Source: a virus
Lineage: Duplodnaviria > Caudoviricetes
IMG/VR virus record: IMGVR_UViG_3300009095_000021
Coordinates: 1-48,161 of that record
DNA length: 48,161 nt
Direction: 5' to 3' (one strand)
The stretch's first letter is position 1. Every line of letters begins with the position of its first letter. The notes beneath the pieces are model-generated. The model saw nothing but the letters and a program-made list of their open reading frames with translations, did no database searches and was not told the origin of the DNA. Shown here in pieces: positions 16,708 through 25,465 of this stretch. The translations under genes were made by a program, and so were the position numbers.

Positions 16708-17136
16708 AGAAGTACAGATACTTTTAAAGTACAGATATAAGACAGATAAGAAGTACAGATATTGAATTGACCTGATACTAGTGACAGTAGGGTTGCAGTT
16801 TGAAGAAGTACAGAAGTACAGATGATTGGAAACGCCAATGAGGGCAATTTTAGCTATTTTTAAAGAAGACATGATTATAAAAACAATGCTGAATATCTGT
16901 ACTTCACCCCATTTTTGGCTGTACGCCGTGCAAGACTAAGGCTGCGTCAAGTACGCAAAAGAAGTACGCATGAGGCCCGCGCTGGAGGCTTAGCAAGACT
17001 AAGGCTGCAGCGGGACGCTATCTGTACTGATTACACAGCGGCAGTAAACTACGCCCCGCTGCAGCCCTAGTGAGACTAGGCTCAAAGAAGCCGCTTCTTC
17101 AGCCCTAGTCTCACTAGGCTCACTATCTGTACTTCA
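16708..17136. repeat. Iteron-like AGTACAGA cluster 1 (putative replication origin)
   Basis: Forward copies at 16711, 16728, 16752, 16807, 16815; reverse copies at 16896, 17021, 17126; AT-rich non-coding DNA right after the primase-helicase. Confidence 0.7.
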
Positions 17137-17247
17137 CCCGTCTTGCTTACACAGCGCACTATAGCTTAAGAGCGTCCGTCTTTAACGCTGGAGTGCAACA
17201 ATTGCTGTAATACTCCGGTCACACCTCTTCTTTAAAGGAACGCCGCC

Positions 17248-17478
17248 ATGCCCTTCTTCTGCCGCTACTTAACCGGACTTCTTAACATCCTCTTTCTTGG
17301 TTACTTGGCTGTTTGCGGTTGGATGTTGTGGAGTACTTACGAACCTGGAGACGGCACCGCCCTTGCAGCGGTCGCCCTCTTCTGTGTAGGCAGTGTGATA
17401 CGCTTCTTTGCCACTCTGCTTATTGGCCTTCTTGGCCTTGCGTGTAACGCCGTAACAAAACCCCCTTCCAAGGAGTAA
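17248..17478 (+). CDS. Small two-TM membrane protein
   Basis: AAGGA RBS and two hydrophobic segments. Confidence 0.65.
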   Translation: MPFFCRYLTGLLNILFLGYLAVCGWMLWSTYEPGDGTALAAVALFCVGSVIRFFATLLIGLLGLACNAVTKPPSKE

Positions 17479-17481
17479 AAT

Positions 17482-17578
17482 CCGACGAACGGTCATTTTC
17501 TGTTGAAGAAAGTGGTGGACAGTCCTGTGTAAGCGGGTATGATTGCTTACACAGGGCAGCCGCTCTACTCAACTGGAG
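17482..17578 (+). promoter_or_regulatory. Early promoter cassette 1: GACGAACGGT box, TGGACA-N16-TATGAT, TACTCAACTGGAG RBS
   Basis: Same elements recur at 17986, 25361 and 25651. Confidence 0.75.
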
Positions 17579-17586
17579 TTCCAAAG

Positions 17587-17727
17587 ATGAAAACTGAATT
17601 GGCCTACAACTACCGCACTGTTTGCGCCATCCTGGACGCCAAAGGCTGGAGCGAAGAAAAGATTGCGGCCTTCCTTAAAGAACACCAAAACACAGCCGGC
17701 TACATTAAAGCCAGTTTGCTGCCTTAA
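17587..17727 (+). CDS. Small early hypothetical protein
   Basis: ATG follows the conserved CAACTGGAG RBS. Confidence 0.65.
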   Translation: MKTELAYNYRTVCAILDAKGWSEEKIAAFLKEHQNTAGYIKASLLP

Positions 17728-17752
17728 CCCTTACTCAACTGGAGCTTCAACC

Positions 17753-17980
17753 ATGCTAATTGCCAAAACCGAAACCAAGCTTTCCGCCATTGTCAAGCTT
17801 TATGTCAACGGCAACCGCGTTGATACGGCCAAGAAAATCAAAGCGCTCAACCGTTTGGAGCTGGTTCAACTGATGTTGAACACCCACACGCTGCACAATG
17901 GGGCGTTTATGGGGATGCCTGACCAGCGCTATGATTTTGAGCGGTTTATTGAGCGCGCCCTGACAGGCTACTTAGACTAG
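17753..17980 (+). CDS. Small early hypothetical protein
   Basis: ATG follows TACTCAACTGGAG. Confidence 0.65.
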   Translation: MLIAKTETKLSAIVKLYVNGNRVDTAKKIKALNRLELVQLMLNTHTLHNGAFMGMPDQRYDFERFIERALTGYLD

Positions 17981-17985
17981 GGGCA

Positions 17986-18094
17986 TGACCGTTCGTCGGG
18001 TTGTCGAAACTTTCTTTGCGAAAGTGGTAGACAACCCGATTTCAGTAAACTACCATTCGTTCTACAGGGCAGCCGCCTTGTTACTCAACTGGAG
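17986..18094 (+). promoter_or_regulatory. Early promoter cassette 2: ACCGTTCGTC box (inverted), TAGACA-N17-TACCAT, RBS
   Basis: Box at 17988-17997, -35 at 18028, -10 at 18051. Confidence 0.75.
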
Positions 18095-18103
18095 ATACAC
18101 ACC

Positions 18104-18325
18104 ATGGCCCTTTCCCGCACCAACATTGAATTCACCAAGACCTATGCCACCGAAGCTAACGCCGAAAAGGCTGTTGCCAAGGTCTTTGTTAAGCAGCCTG
18201 ATGTTCATGTGCGTTACAGCATCATGCCTGTGTTGGTTGACGGCGTGGTTCGCTACGGCGTGCTGTTCATTGGCCGCACCGCCCTGGAAGTTGGCGCGCA
18301 CTTTCACTTCAACGTTGTAGCCTGA
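18104..18325 (+). CDS. Small early hypothetical protein
   Basis: 73 aa ORF after the cassette RBS. Confidence 0.7.
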   Translation: MALSRTNIEFTKTYATEANAEKAVAKVFVKQPDVHVRYSIMPVLVDGVVRYGVLFIGRTALEVGAHFHFNVVA

Positions 18326-18396
18326 TCCACACTGCCCTGGCTTATGCTGGGGCGTTTCTGTTATACTGAGCACCCCTACTCTACTGGAGAAAGACC

Positions 18397-19041
18397 ATGA
18401 AACTTGAAATTCGCGACGCTATGCCGCTGGCCCGCTACGCTGTCAAAGACCTTGACGGTGTGCCTGAGTCGCCATGGCTGCACTGGGGCACATTTGTTGA
18501 ATGCGCTGAGTACATTCAAGAGCACAACCCTAAAGACCTAACCAACAAAATGTGCGACGCGCTCAACGCCCAGTCTGGCCCAACGCATATGGGTGAGCCG
18601 GTGTTGCGCCGTGTAGGCACGCACCCCGCCCTGGCTGCGCCGTATGGTGTTGAGACCGCTAAGCGGCTTGTAAACTACTATCGTATAGAGTTCCCTGAGG
18701 TCTACGCTGTGTTCCAAGCTGCTGAAATAAGCGGCCGCTGCCCGCCACCTAAAGAAGCCCCGGCCCGCTCGCTGGAGGCACATTTGCTGCAGGTGGAGTT
18801 GAACAGCACCGGGCCAGAGAACCCGTTGCGCCAAAGAAAGATTAACCGCTTTGAGCTTGTTGCGCTAGAATGGTGGCGAGCCCGCCGCCCTATGGACTGG
18901 AGTTCGGTGGAGCATGTGATGAACCCCACCATCAACACCCACACCGCCGCTGAAGCCAAAATGGCGGCCATGGCTGCAGAGCTGTTCATGCAGGCGTGCG
19001 AAGTGGGCCGACTGACCTTTGAAGCCCCGGTGCAGCTATGA
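18397..19041 (+). CDS. Hypothetical protein
   Basis: 214 aa ORF with GGAG RBS; stop overlaps the denV start. Confidence 0.65.
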   Translation: MKLEIRDAMPLARYAVKDLDGVPESPWLHWGTFVECAEYIQEHNPKDLTNKMCDALNAQSGPTHMGEPVLRRVGTHPALAAPYGVETAKRLVNYYRIEFPEVYAVFQAAEISGRCPPPKEAPARSLEAHLLQVELNSTGPENPLRQRKINRFELVALEWWRARRPMDWSSVEHVMNPTINTHTAAEAKMAAMAAELFMQACEVGRLTFEAPVQL

Positions 19042-19601
19042 CCCGTATCAATACCATTGACCCCACCCTGTTGACCAACCAATGGCTGGCAGCCGAGTAC
19101 CGCGAACTGCCCCGTGTACTAAATGCAGTAGCGCGCAACCTGGGCGAAGACGTTAAGGTTGAAGCTCAGGTGCCACCCACCTACCGCATGGGCCAGGGCC
19201 ATGTGACCTTCTTTGTGGACAAGCTGTTGTACCTGTACAAACGCCATCAGGTGTTGTCAGCTGAAATGGTGTTCCGCGCTGCCACTACTGGGCGCAAGCT
19301 GGAGCTGTCCATTGACTGCCTTGAGGTGTACACCCAAATTGCCGCCAAGCGCCCCGACCTGTGTAAGGATTGGACACCAACGGCCGACGACCACTTTACC
19401 AACTTGGCCCGGCTGTGTGAGCGGTGGAACGACGCCAAGCGCCCGCCCCGCCTTAACGCCCAGGTGATGAGCAGCGAGGCTGATGCAATAAACTGGGTGA
19501 CAACCGTAGCGATTAAGCACAAACTCTACCCGGCGCGAGCGCTACAGCTCATGCTAAACTCACTGCGCGCCGCTGGGCGTATAACCACATTGGAGCAATG
19601 A
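19038..19601 (+). CDS. denV: Pyrimidine-dimer DNA glycosylase / endonuclease V
   Basis: MTRIN...LAAEYRELPRV...GQGHVTFFVDKLLYL..R...EM, matching the T4 DenV signature (catalytic Thr2 and Glu23). Confidence 0.9.
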   Translation: MTRINTIDPTLLTNQWLAAEYRELPRVLNAVARNLGEDVKVEAQVPPTYRMGQGHVTFFVDKLLYLYKRHQVLSAEMVFRAATTGRKLELSIDCLEVYTQIAAKRPDLCKDWTPTADDHFTNLARLCERWNDAKRPPRLNAQVMSSEADAINWVTTVAIKHKLYPARALQLMLNSLRAAGRITTLEQ

Positions 19602-19861
19602 CTATGGAAGCACTGTTAATTGGCGCTGTTGTGGCGTCGATCTTTATCGCCGGGGTGTATACGCTGTTCAGGACTGCCCTGCCAGCGTCCTATGACGAAG
19701 GCTACCACTACGGCATGAGCATGGTAAGCCACCCGGCTGACCGCGCTGAAGCTGAGGCTGTCGCTAACGAAGGCGACGGTGACTTTGAGCTGGGCGTTCG
19801 CGCCGCCTTGGACGACTACCCGCGCGGCCTGCCGGGCGACACCCTGAGGGATCAAGAATGA
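19598..19861 (+). CDS. Hypothetical protein with N-terminal TM segment
   Basis: ATGA overlaps on both sides. Confidence 0.6.
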   Translation: MTMEALLIGAVVASIFIAGVYTLFRTALPASYDEGYHYGMSMVSHPADRAEAEAVANEGDGDFELGVRAALDDYPRGLPGDTLRDQE

Positions 19862-20190
19862 GAAAGCAATCTGTTGTGCTGTACGGCCCTCAGGGTTGTG
19901 GCAAGACCGTCAATGGTGCTGCCATCGCCAAAGCGCTTGGGCTGAAGGCCGTGGTGGAGTTGGACGAAGTAAGCCGCGACAACATGCCTAAGGCGCGTGG
20001 CTCGCTGTACCTGACCTGCCGCTCGCGCGAAGAGCTGCTGCACTATGAAAAGCTGGGCTTGCGGCTCATGGCTTATGACGCTGCCATCCGCCTGCCAGGG
20101 TTTAAGCGCTTAACCTGCCCCGAACTCGCTGTCGCCACGGGCGCTACACTGGACGTGTTGGCCGCACTGCCCACCCGCAAAACAGACTGA
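19858..20190 (+). CDS. Small P-loop NTPase/kinase-like protein
   Basis: VVLYGPQGCGKT Walker A and VVELDE. Confidence 0.7.
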   Translation: MRKQSVVLYGPQGCGKTVNGAAIAKALGLKAVVELDEVSRDNMPKARGSLYLTCRSREELLHYEKLGLRLMAYDAAIRLPGFKRLTCPELAVATGATLDVLAALPTRKTD

Positions 20191-20234
20191 CCGCCTTATA
20201 CTACGCCCTTCAATACCACCCTGGAGCAACCGCA

Positions 20235-20714
20235 ATGAAGAACACCCTTATCTGTGACCTTGACGGCACACTGGCCTTGGACGACCACCGCCGCCCTCTT
20301 ATTCAGTCGCACGGCTGGAAAGCCTACTTTGACGCGTGTGTGCATGACACGCTGAACTACCCTACCGCCGCGTTTTTGGGCATGTGGCAAGAAGGCCATG
20401 AAAACGCCACCGTCATTCTGACCGGTCGTTGCGAAAGCCAGCGCGCTGTAACTGAGGCGTGGCTTAAACATCACGGCGTACACTACGACCACCTGCTTAT
20501 GCGCCCTGCTGACAGCTATGACCCGCTGGCCGTGTGCGAAGATACCACTGATGGCAAATGGACTAAGGACGAAGAGGTCAAGCTTGCCATGATACGCCAG
20601 CTGGACTTGCGCCCCGAAAACGTCATCTGCTGCCTGGACGACCGCGACCGCATGGTGGTATTCTGGCGTGAGCTGGGCTTTGACTGCTGGCAAGTCCGGC
20701 CGGGGGCGTTTTAA
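20235..20714 (+). CDS. HAD-family phosphatase (T4 PNKP 3'-phosphatase domain-like)
   Basis: ICDLDGTLA, ILTGR, LLMR, LDDR motifs. Confidence 0.85.
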   Translation: MKNTLICDLDGTLALDDHRRPLIQSHGWKAYFDACVHDTLNYPTAAFLGMWQEGHENATVILTGRCESQRAVTEAWLKHHGVHYDHLLMRPADSYDPLAVCEDTTDGKWTKDEEVKLAMIRQLDLRPENVICCLDDRDRMVVFWRELGFDCWQVRPGAF

Positions 20715-21052
20715 TGGAAATCGCCCGCCACCACCTGCCGCTACACCAGCAAGAGGCCATTGACCGTATCTTTGAGGGGTTGGCCCCTGCTGACCCTATG
20801 GCTGAACACCGCCGCTTTGCGCACCTGTCTATGGACGAATTGGTAGCGAAGTACCCAGGCGACACGCCCGAGGTGCTGCAGGCCATGCAGGCTGAGGTCA
20901 AGGCCAAGCTGGAAGCTATTGACATTATGAAAGAGCACCGCGTAGTTGAACGCGACGAAGGCCCGCCGACACATGATTCAAGCGGCCAGCCCTATTCCCG
21001 TAACCAGCGGCGCGTCATGAAGAAGCGCTGGCTAAAGGCGCAGCGTAAATAA
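20714..21052 (+). CDS. Hypothetical protein
   Basis: 112 aa ORF with TAATG overlap. Confidence 0.6.
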   Translation: MEIARHHLPLHQQEAIDRIFEGLAPADPMAEHRRFAHLSMDELVAKYPGDTPEVLQAMQAEVKAKLEAIDIMKEHRVVERDEGPPTHDSSGQPYSRNQRRVMKKRWLKAQRK

Positions 21053-21072
21053 TCCACCTCTGCTAAAATGCA

Positions 21073-21098
21073 AAACGCCCCTACCCCAGGGGCGTTTT
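21073..21098 (+). terminator. Putative terminator hairpin
   Basis: AAAACGCCCCT-ACCCC-AGGGGCGTTTT. Confidence 0.55.
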
Positions 21099-21115
21099 CG
21101 TATGAGGTGTTTAAC

Positions 21116-21961
21116 ATGGCCATTAAGTTTTCACTCCAACCTGTTAACGGCGCTCAACTTGTACACATTCCGGGCGGCGTGGTCGGGTTCCATATGTTGT
21201 ATTTGGCATTCGCTGTAGCGCCATCTGCAGGCACCGTCAAGGTGGAGTACCGTGAAATCGGCTCCACCATCTTTAAGCAACTACAGAAAGTCAATGGCGT
21301 ATCGGTCACAACTGGCGAGCTGGCGTTTCGTGTTGACGGCCCCGTGGCTGTGCTGCGCGTAACGTTTACCGGGCTTGTGGGCGGCACCCTGCCGCTGTTG
21401 TGGCTTGAGACCGCTGACCGCCCTGCTTTGTTGTACCAAGGTGAGGCGGCTATGACGGTGCAAGACTACATTTCAGCCAACGTCAAGAAAGGGTTGCAAT
21501 TTGAGGCGTCGGGCTTATCGCTGGATGTCGCGGCAGGCGCTACGGTCACGGTAGTGTTTAAGACCGGGGCCAAGGAGGTGTTGGTTAAGGCGCGGCAGAT
21601 AGGGTTCACCGGCCCTCGCATAACAGCTGAGGTGCATAAAGGTGTAGTGTTTACGCCCGGCTCTGGTGTTTTGGTTCCGATATACAACTTGTCAGATGTG
21701 AACCCCCAGCCCACTACGGTTGAAGCGCGGCTGGGCGCGACCATAACCACCCCTGGCACCTTGTTCGGTGCGCCCACCTACGGCGTAGGCTCTGAAGGTG
21801 TTGGCAACAGCGCGCTGGGCAGTTTTGCGGTTGCGGGTATTGAACGGCAGCTGGCAGCAAACAGCGTATATTCACTCACTACCACCAACAACCATACGGA
21901 TGTAATTAATCTGGCCACCTACCTGACTTGGTATGAAGGCCCGGCCGACCTTCCACTGTGA
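21116..21961 (+). CDS. Hypothetical beta-rich protein, possibly virion-associated
   Basis: GAGGT RBS; Val/Gly/Thr-rich composition. Confidence 0.6.
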   Translation: MAIKFSLQPVNGAQLVHIPGGVVGFHMLYLAFAVAPSAGTVKVEYREIGSTIFKQLQKVNGVSVTTGELAFRVDGPVAVLRVTFTGLVGGTLPLLWLETADRPALLYQGEAAMTVQDYISANVKKGLQFEASGLSLDVAAGATVTVVFKTGAKEVLVKARQIGFTGPRITAEVHKGVVFTPGSGVLVPIYNLSDVNPQPTTVEARLGATITTPGTLFGAPTYGVGSEGVGNSALGSFAVAGIERQLAANSVYSLTTTNNHTDVINLATYLTWYEGPADLPL

Positions 21962-21964
21962 CCG

Positions 21965-21992
21965 TTGACAACAGCCCAGGTTTGGTTATACT
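21965..21992 (+). promoter_or_regulatory. Sigma70-like promoter TTGACA-N16-TATACT
   Basis: Near-consensus hexamers followed by the ACAACTGGAG RBS. Confidence 0.65.
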
Positions 21993-22020
21993 GGGCTTTC
22001 TTACAACTGGAGCGCTACAC

Positions 22021-22722
22021 ATGAACGAACAAGCCATGAAGTACATTATCATTGAAGGCCGCCGCCCACAAACCGGCGAAGACCCGCTAAGGGTCAAGAT
22101 CATCTTTGACGCCCGGTTGTCGGCCATTGGGCTTACCGCTGGCGCAGTTCGCAGCCACCCGGCCCTAAGCGATTGCAACCTTATGGAACAGGGCGACTGG
22201 CCGCACGACACCAATTATTCCACCGCTGAAGTGGAGGGCATGCGTGAAACGTTGCGGGCGGTCAATGAGACCAATGTCAAGCTGTGCGGCCAGTTGGTCG
22301 AATTGGCTAAGGCGCTTGGCTGCCGCCCTGACATGGGCGTTATGCTGGCGCGTGCCCAGGTGTTGGTTGAAGACTCCGATACGCTGGCCCGGTTGAATGA
22401 GGTGATGAAGGCGCAAGAGGCTGTGCTGCAAGCGCTGGACTGCCTGACTGAGCCTGATGGCAGCTTTGACAGCGCAATCAACCCAGGCACCGAACGCGAC
22501 GCGCTGCAAAAGGCGTACAACGAATTGCCGCTTGAGCATAGCGCCGCTGCGTCTTTTGCGCCCACTGCCGAAGACCGCGCCAACGCCCGCCGCTATAAGC
22601 TATGGTCTGAAGCCATGTTCACCAACACCACCGCCGTGGCCAGGGCGCTGGCTGGCGCAACCTGCCCCCAGGATGTTGACGACGCCATGGACAAGCTGGC
22701 TGTCGGCCTTGGTGTTGAATGA
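22021..22722 (+). CDS. Hypothetical protein (coiled-coil rich)
   Basis: ATG 22021 after a GGAG RBS. Confidence 0.65.
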   Translation: MNEQAMKYIIIEGRRPQTGEDPLRVKIIFDARLSAIGLTAGAVRSHPALSDCNLMEQGDWPHDTNYSTAEVEGMRETLRAVNETNVKLCGQLVELAKALGCRPDMGVMLARAQVLVEDSDTLARLNEVMKAQEAVLQALDCLTEPDGSFDSAINPGTERDALQKAYNELPLEHSAAASFAPTAEDRANARRYKLWSEAMFTNTTAVARALAGATCPQDVDDAMDKLAVGLGVE

Positions 22723-22898
22723 AGACCTACGCCGCCCGACTCAAAGAGACTATCGAAGAAGCCGACTATGACTTTGTGCCGGATGGCAATGGCGGCTGGC
22801 GCTGCCAGGATGCTTTAGACTGTGAGGTCGTCGCTGAGGATAGAACCCTTGGCGGCGTAATCACAAAAGCAGCTGGAGCCTTGGGCTTCCTGGAGTAG
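22719..22898 (+). CDS. Small hypothetical protein (59 aa, below the ORF-track cutoff)
   Basis: ATGA overlap with the previous gene; MKTYAARLKETIEEADYDFVPDG...; fills the gap to 22904. Confidence 0.55.
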   Translation: MKTYAARLKETIEEADYDFVPDGNGGWRCQDALDCEVVAEDRTLGGVITKAAGALGFLE

Positions 22899-22903
22899 GT
22901 CTT

Positions 22904-23395
22904 ATGAGCATGGCGTACACCGCCCCGCTTGACATTCGGTATGACCCAGTAGCCAGCGCCATACTTGGGAAAGACCATTGGCGGGTTCTTACATCGTTTC
23001 GCTACTACATTGGTGACAAGTACTCTGGCCGGTGGGTGTTCGTGCCCGCCGGCTACCTAACGGATGGGGCCAGCGTACCAAAAATCTTCCACAACGTTGT
23101 CGGCCCCTGGGGTGCGCACGGCCAAGCGGCTGTCGTGCATGATATCCTGTGCGAGTACCTGTCCATCACGCAAGACGGCCTGCCTGTCTTAATCACCCGC
23201 AAACAAGCCAACCTGATATTCCTTGAGGCTATGGAAGTGCTGAGCGTACCGGCTTGGCGGCGTGAGGTCATGTACGCCGCTGTTGAAGGCTACCGCATTG
23301 TTGGGGGTGGCGAACAACCGTCCAACACCCCTGTGAAGCGCCAGCTTGAGGCTGCATGGGAAGAGCGCAATAATGTAGCGCTGCTGGCCGCGTAA
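22904..23395 (+). CDS. DUF1353-family protein
   Basis: VPAGYLTDGASVP...AAVVHDILC...ANLIFLEAM...MYAAV. Confidence 0.8.
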   Translation: MSMAYTAPLDIRYDPVASAILGKDHWRVLTSFRYYIGDKYSGRWVFVPAGYLTDGASVPKIFHNVVGPWGAHGQAAVVHDILCEYLSITQDGLPVLITRKQANLIFLEAMEVLSVPAWRREVMYAAVEGYRIVGGGEQPSNTPVKRQLEAAWEERNNVALLAA

Positions 23396-23456
23396 TCTGT
23401 TAACCTAATAACCCCACCGCCCGTTTGGGCATCCTGCCACTACTGAGGTATGTAAC

Positions 23457-23888
23457 ATGGACAAGAATGCAATTATCGCTATGCTGACCGCCCTGGCCGC
23501 TTCGCTGGAGGCGTCGAAGGATGTGTCCAAGGGCCAGTATCCTGAAGGCGCTGTCGAGCTTATTGAGCAAGGCCGCGCCCTGGCTGCTGAACTGGAAGCG
23601 TTCGTGGAGCCTGAGCCAGCCGAACCGCTTGCGCCTGAGCCGCACACCCTGGAAAGCGTGCTGCAGTTCCTGGATCACGCCGGGGTGGAAGCGCAGACCG
23701 ATGTGGTCAGCCGCTATGACGAACGCCCTGAGTTCTTGGAGGCCACGCTGGGCGAAGCTGAGCCGCAAGAGCCGGCGCTTTGGGCTATCGGCACCAACAC
23801 TTTCACGTACAAGTCTGATGCTGAGGCTTACCTACGCAAAACTGGCCAGTCTGGCGAACCCCGCCCCTTGGGCTACCTGGACTTGTAA
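23457..23888 (+). CDS. Acidic hypothetical protein
   Basis: GAGGT RBS; followed by a terminator. Confidence 0.65.
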   Translation: MDKNAIIAMLTALAASLEASKDVSKGQYPEGAVELIEQGRALAAELEAFVEPEPAEPLAPEPHTLESVLQFLDHAGVEAQTDVVSRYDERPEFLEATLGEAEPQEPALWAIGTNTFTYKSDAEAYLRKTGQSGEPRPLGYLDL

Positions 23889-23899
23889 ACCCCAGGCAT

Positions 23900-23929
23900 G
23901 AAAAAGCCCCTCCAATGAGGGGCTTTTTG
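23900..23929. terminator. Bidirectional Rho-independent terminator
   Basis: AAAAAGCCCCTC-CAAT-GAGGGGCTTTTT between convergent genes. Confidence 0.85.
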
Positions 23930-23940
23930 TTGTGCTGCGT

Positions 23941-24237
23941 TTACAACGCGCAGCGGTTCCTGCATTGGGTGTGCAGATGGACTAAAAAGCCCATTGTGAA
24001 CAGCGTCACCCCTTCCCAAAACAACCACGCGGCTTCCCGCAACCCCGGCGCTATTTCTGGCACGCCGAATACAGTCTGCAGTTTTAGCAGAATATACACG
24101 ACGCCCAAAGCTACCACGGGGGCCAGCGGCCGGTGATCCCGGATGGTCGGCAAGTCTTTCATGCGAATGAGCGTATGAACCACCACGCCCACTGCAATAA
24201 GGATAGCCACAACGGTCAGCACAAAAGTAAGGATCAT
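23941..24237 (-). CDS. Three-TM membrane protein (lysis accessory / holin-like)
   Basis: Three hydrophobic segments; ATGA-coupled to the holin-like gene. Confidence 0.6.
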   Translation of the reverse strand: MILTFVLTVVAILIAVGVVVHTLIRMKDLPTIRDHRPLAPVVALGVVYILLKLQTVFGVPEIAPGLREAAWLFWEGVTLFTMGFLVHLHTQCRNRCAL

Positions 24238-24560
24238 TTTTTGCCAAACCTCTTTAGTACATCGACTATAAAGCCCAGCGGGTCATCCTTAAACCGCTGC
24301 ACTAAGTTGAGGATACCCATTAGAATGTTGGGTATCACGAAACCTATGGCCGCGCTGGCCAAGGCAATTTCTTCAGCTGGGTAGCCTTTTAGCGCCAAGT
24401 ACGGCCCGGCCAAATAGGCCAACCCGCCCGCCGCCAACAAGTACCCAACGATACGCACTGGTGATTCACGCCCGCCCATGAGCATGAAGCGAATCGCTGC
24501 TGCAGTTAGCGCGATTACGCCGGGTGTTGACAGGATTTTGCGGACTTCATTGTCATCCAC
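24234..24560 (-). CDS. Putative holin
   Basis: Two to three TM segments, basic C-terminus (KRFGKK), adjacent to the endolysin. Confidence 0.65.
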   Translation of the reverse strand: MDDNEVRKILSTPGVIALTAAAIRFMLMGGRESPVRIVGYLLAAGGLAYLAGPYLALKGYPAEEIALASAAIGFVIPNILMGILNLVQRFKDDPLGFIVDVLKRFGKK

Positions 24561-24641
24561 TGCTTACGCCCCTGAGTTAGTGTGTTAAGATTACTGCTGG
24601 CATCCTGCCGACAATTAATGATACCGCAAGGAGATTATGTA

Positions 24642-25169
24642 ATGCGCCCTCAGACCCTACATGACTATATTGTTTTTCCAACCCTCCAGAAGATGGGGTC
24701 GAAGTACAACACCGCAGCGGCGCGGCAGCTTGTTATTGCTACGGCTGCGCAAGAATCCCATTGCGGCGCGTACTTTAAGCAAATCACCGGGCCAGCCCTG
24801 GGCATTTACCAAATGGAGCCGCCGACCGTTGGTGACCTGTTCGACAACTTCCTTAAGCCGCGAAAGCTGGAGCCGCTGGTGATGCAGTTCGCAAGCCCGG
24901 CCGGTATCGAAAGTCCTGAGCTGATCAGTCTGCTAGGCGAGCTGTTTTATGCAACTGCCCTGGCTCGCATGAACTACTGGCGTCGGGCCGGCGCGCACCC
25001 TGCCTTCGACGACTTCCCGGCCATGTGGGCGTACTACAAAAAGTACTGGAACAGCTACCTTGGCGCAGCTACCGAAAAAGAGTTTAAGGCGAACTGGAAC
25101 AAGTTCGTCAAGCCAGTGGACTTCAGCGACCCGGCCCAGCGGGTAAAGCCCTATACCCGAGTCGTATAA
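24642..25169 (+). CDS. Putative endolysin (lysozyme/transglycosylase-like fold)
   Basis: TAAQESHCG catalytic-Glu helix, GPALGIYQMEP, YYKKYWNS; AAGGAG RBS. Confidence 0.75.
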   Translation: MRPQTLHDYIVFPTLQKMGSKYNTAAARQLVIATAAQESHCGAYFKQITGPALGIYQMEPPTVGDLFDNFLKPRKLEPLVMQFASPAGIESPELISLLGELFYATALARMNYWRRAGAHPAFDDFPAMWAYYKKYWNSYLGAATEKEFKANWNKFVKPVDFSDPAQRVKPYTRVV

Positions 25170-25359
25170 GTACAGAACCAATACACTTTTAAGTACAGAT
25201 AGGGTTATGGTCTTAGACTAGTGTTACTAAGGCTACAACCCTAAGAAGTACAGAAGTACAGAACCCCTACCCTGCTGTGCTGAACCCAGCGGCAGATATT
25301 CAGTTTTTACCGATATGACGGCAATGGGAAAATCTGTACTGTACGTACTTCTGTACTTT
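25168..25359. repeat. Iteron-like AGTACAGA cluster 2
   Basis: Forward copies at 25169, 25192, 25247, 25255; reverse copies at 25333, 25350. Confidence 0.7.
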
Positions 25360-25360
25360 T

Positions 25361-25461
25361 CCGACGAACGGTCATGTTTCTGTCGAAGAAAAAGGTGGAC
25401 AGCCCTGTGTGCTTACACTAAGATTCGTTTCAAGGGCGCGGTGCCCTACTCAACTGGAGAA
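25361..25461 (+). promoter_or_regulatory. Early promoter cassette 3: GACGAACGGT, TGGACA-N17-TAAGAT, stem-loop, RBS
   Basis: Near-direct repeat of 25651-25752. Confidence 0.8.
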
Positions 25462-25465
25462 CGAC

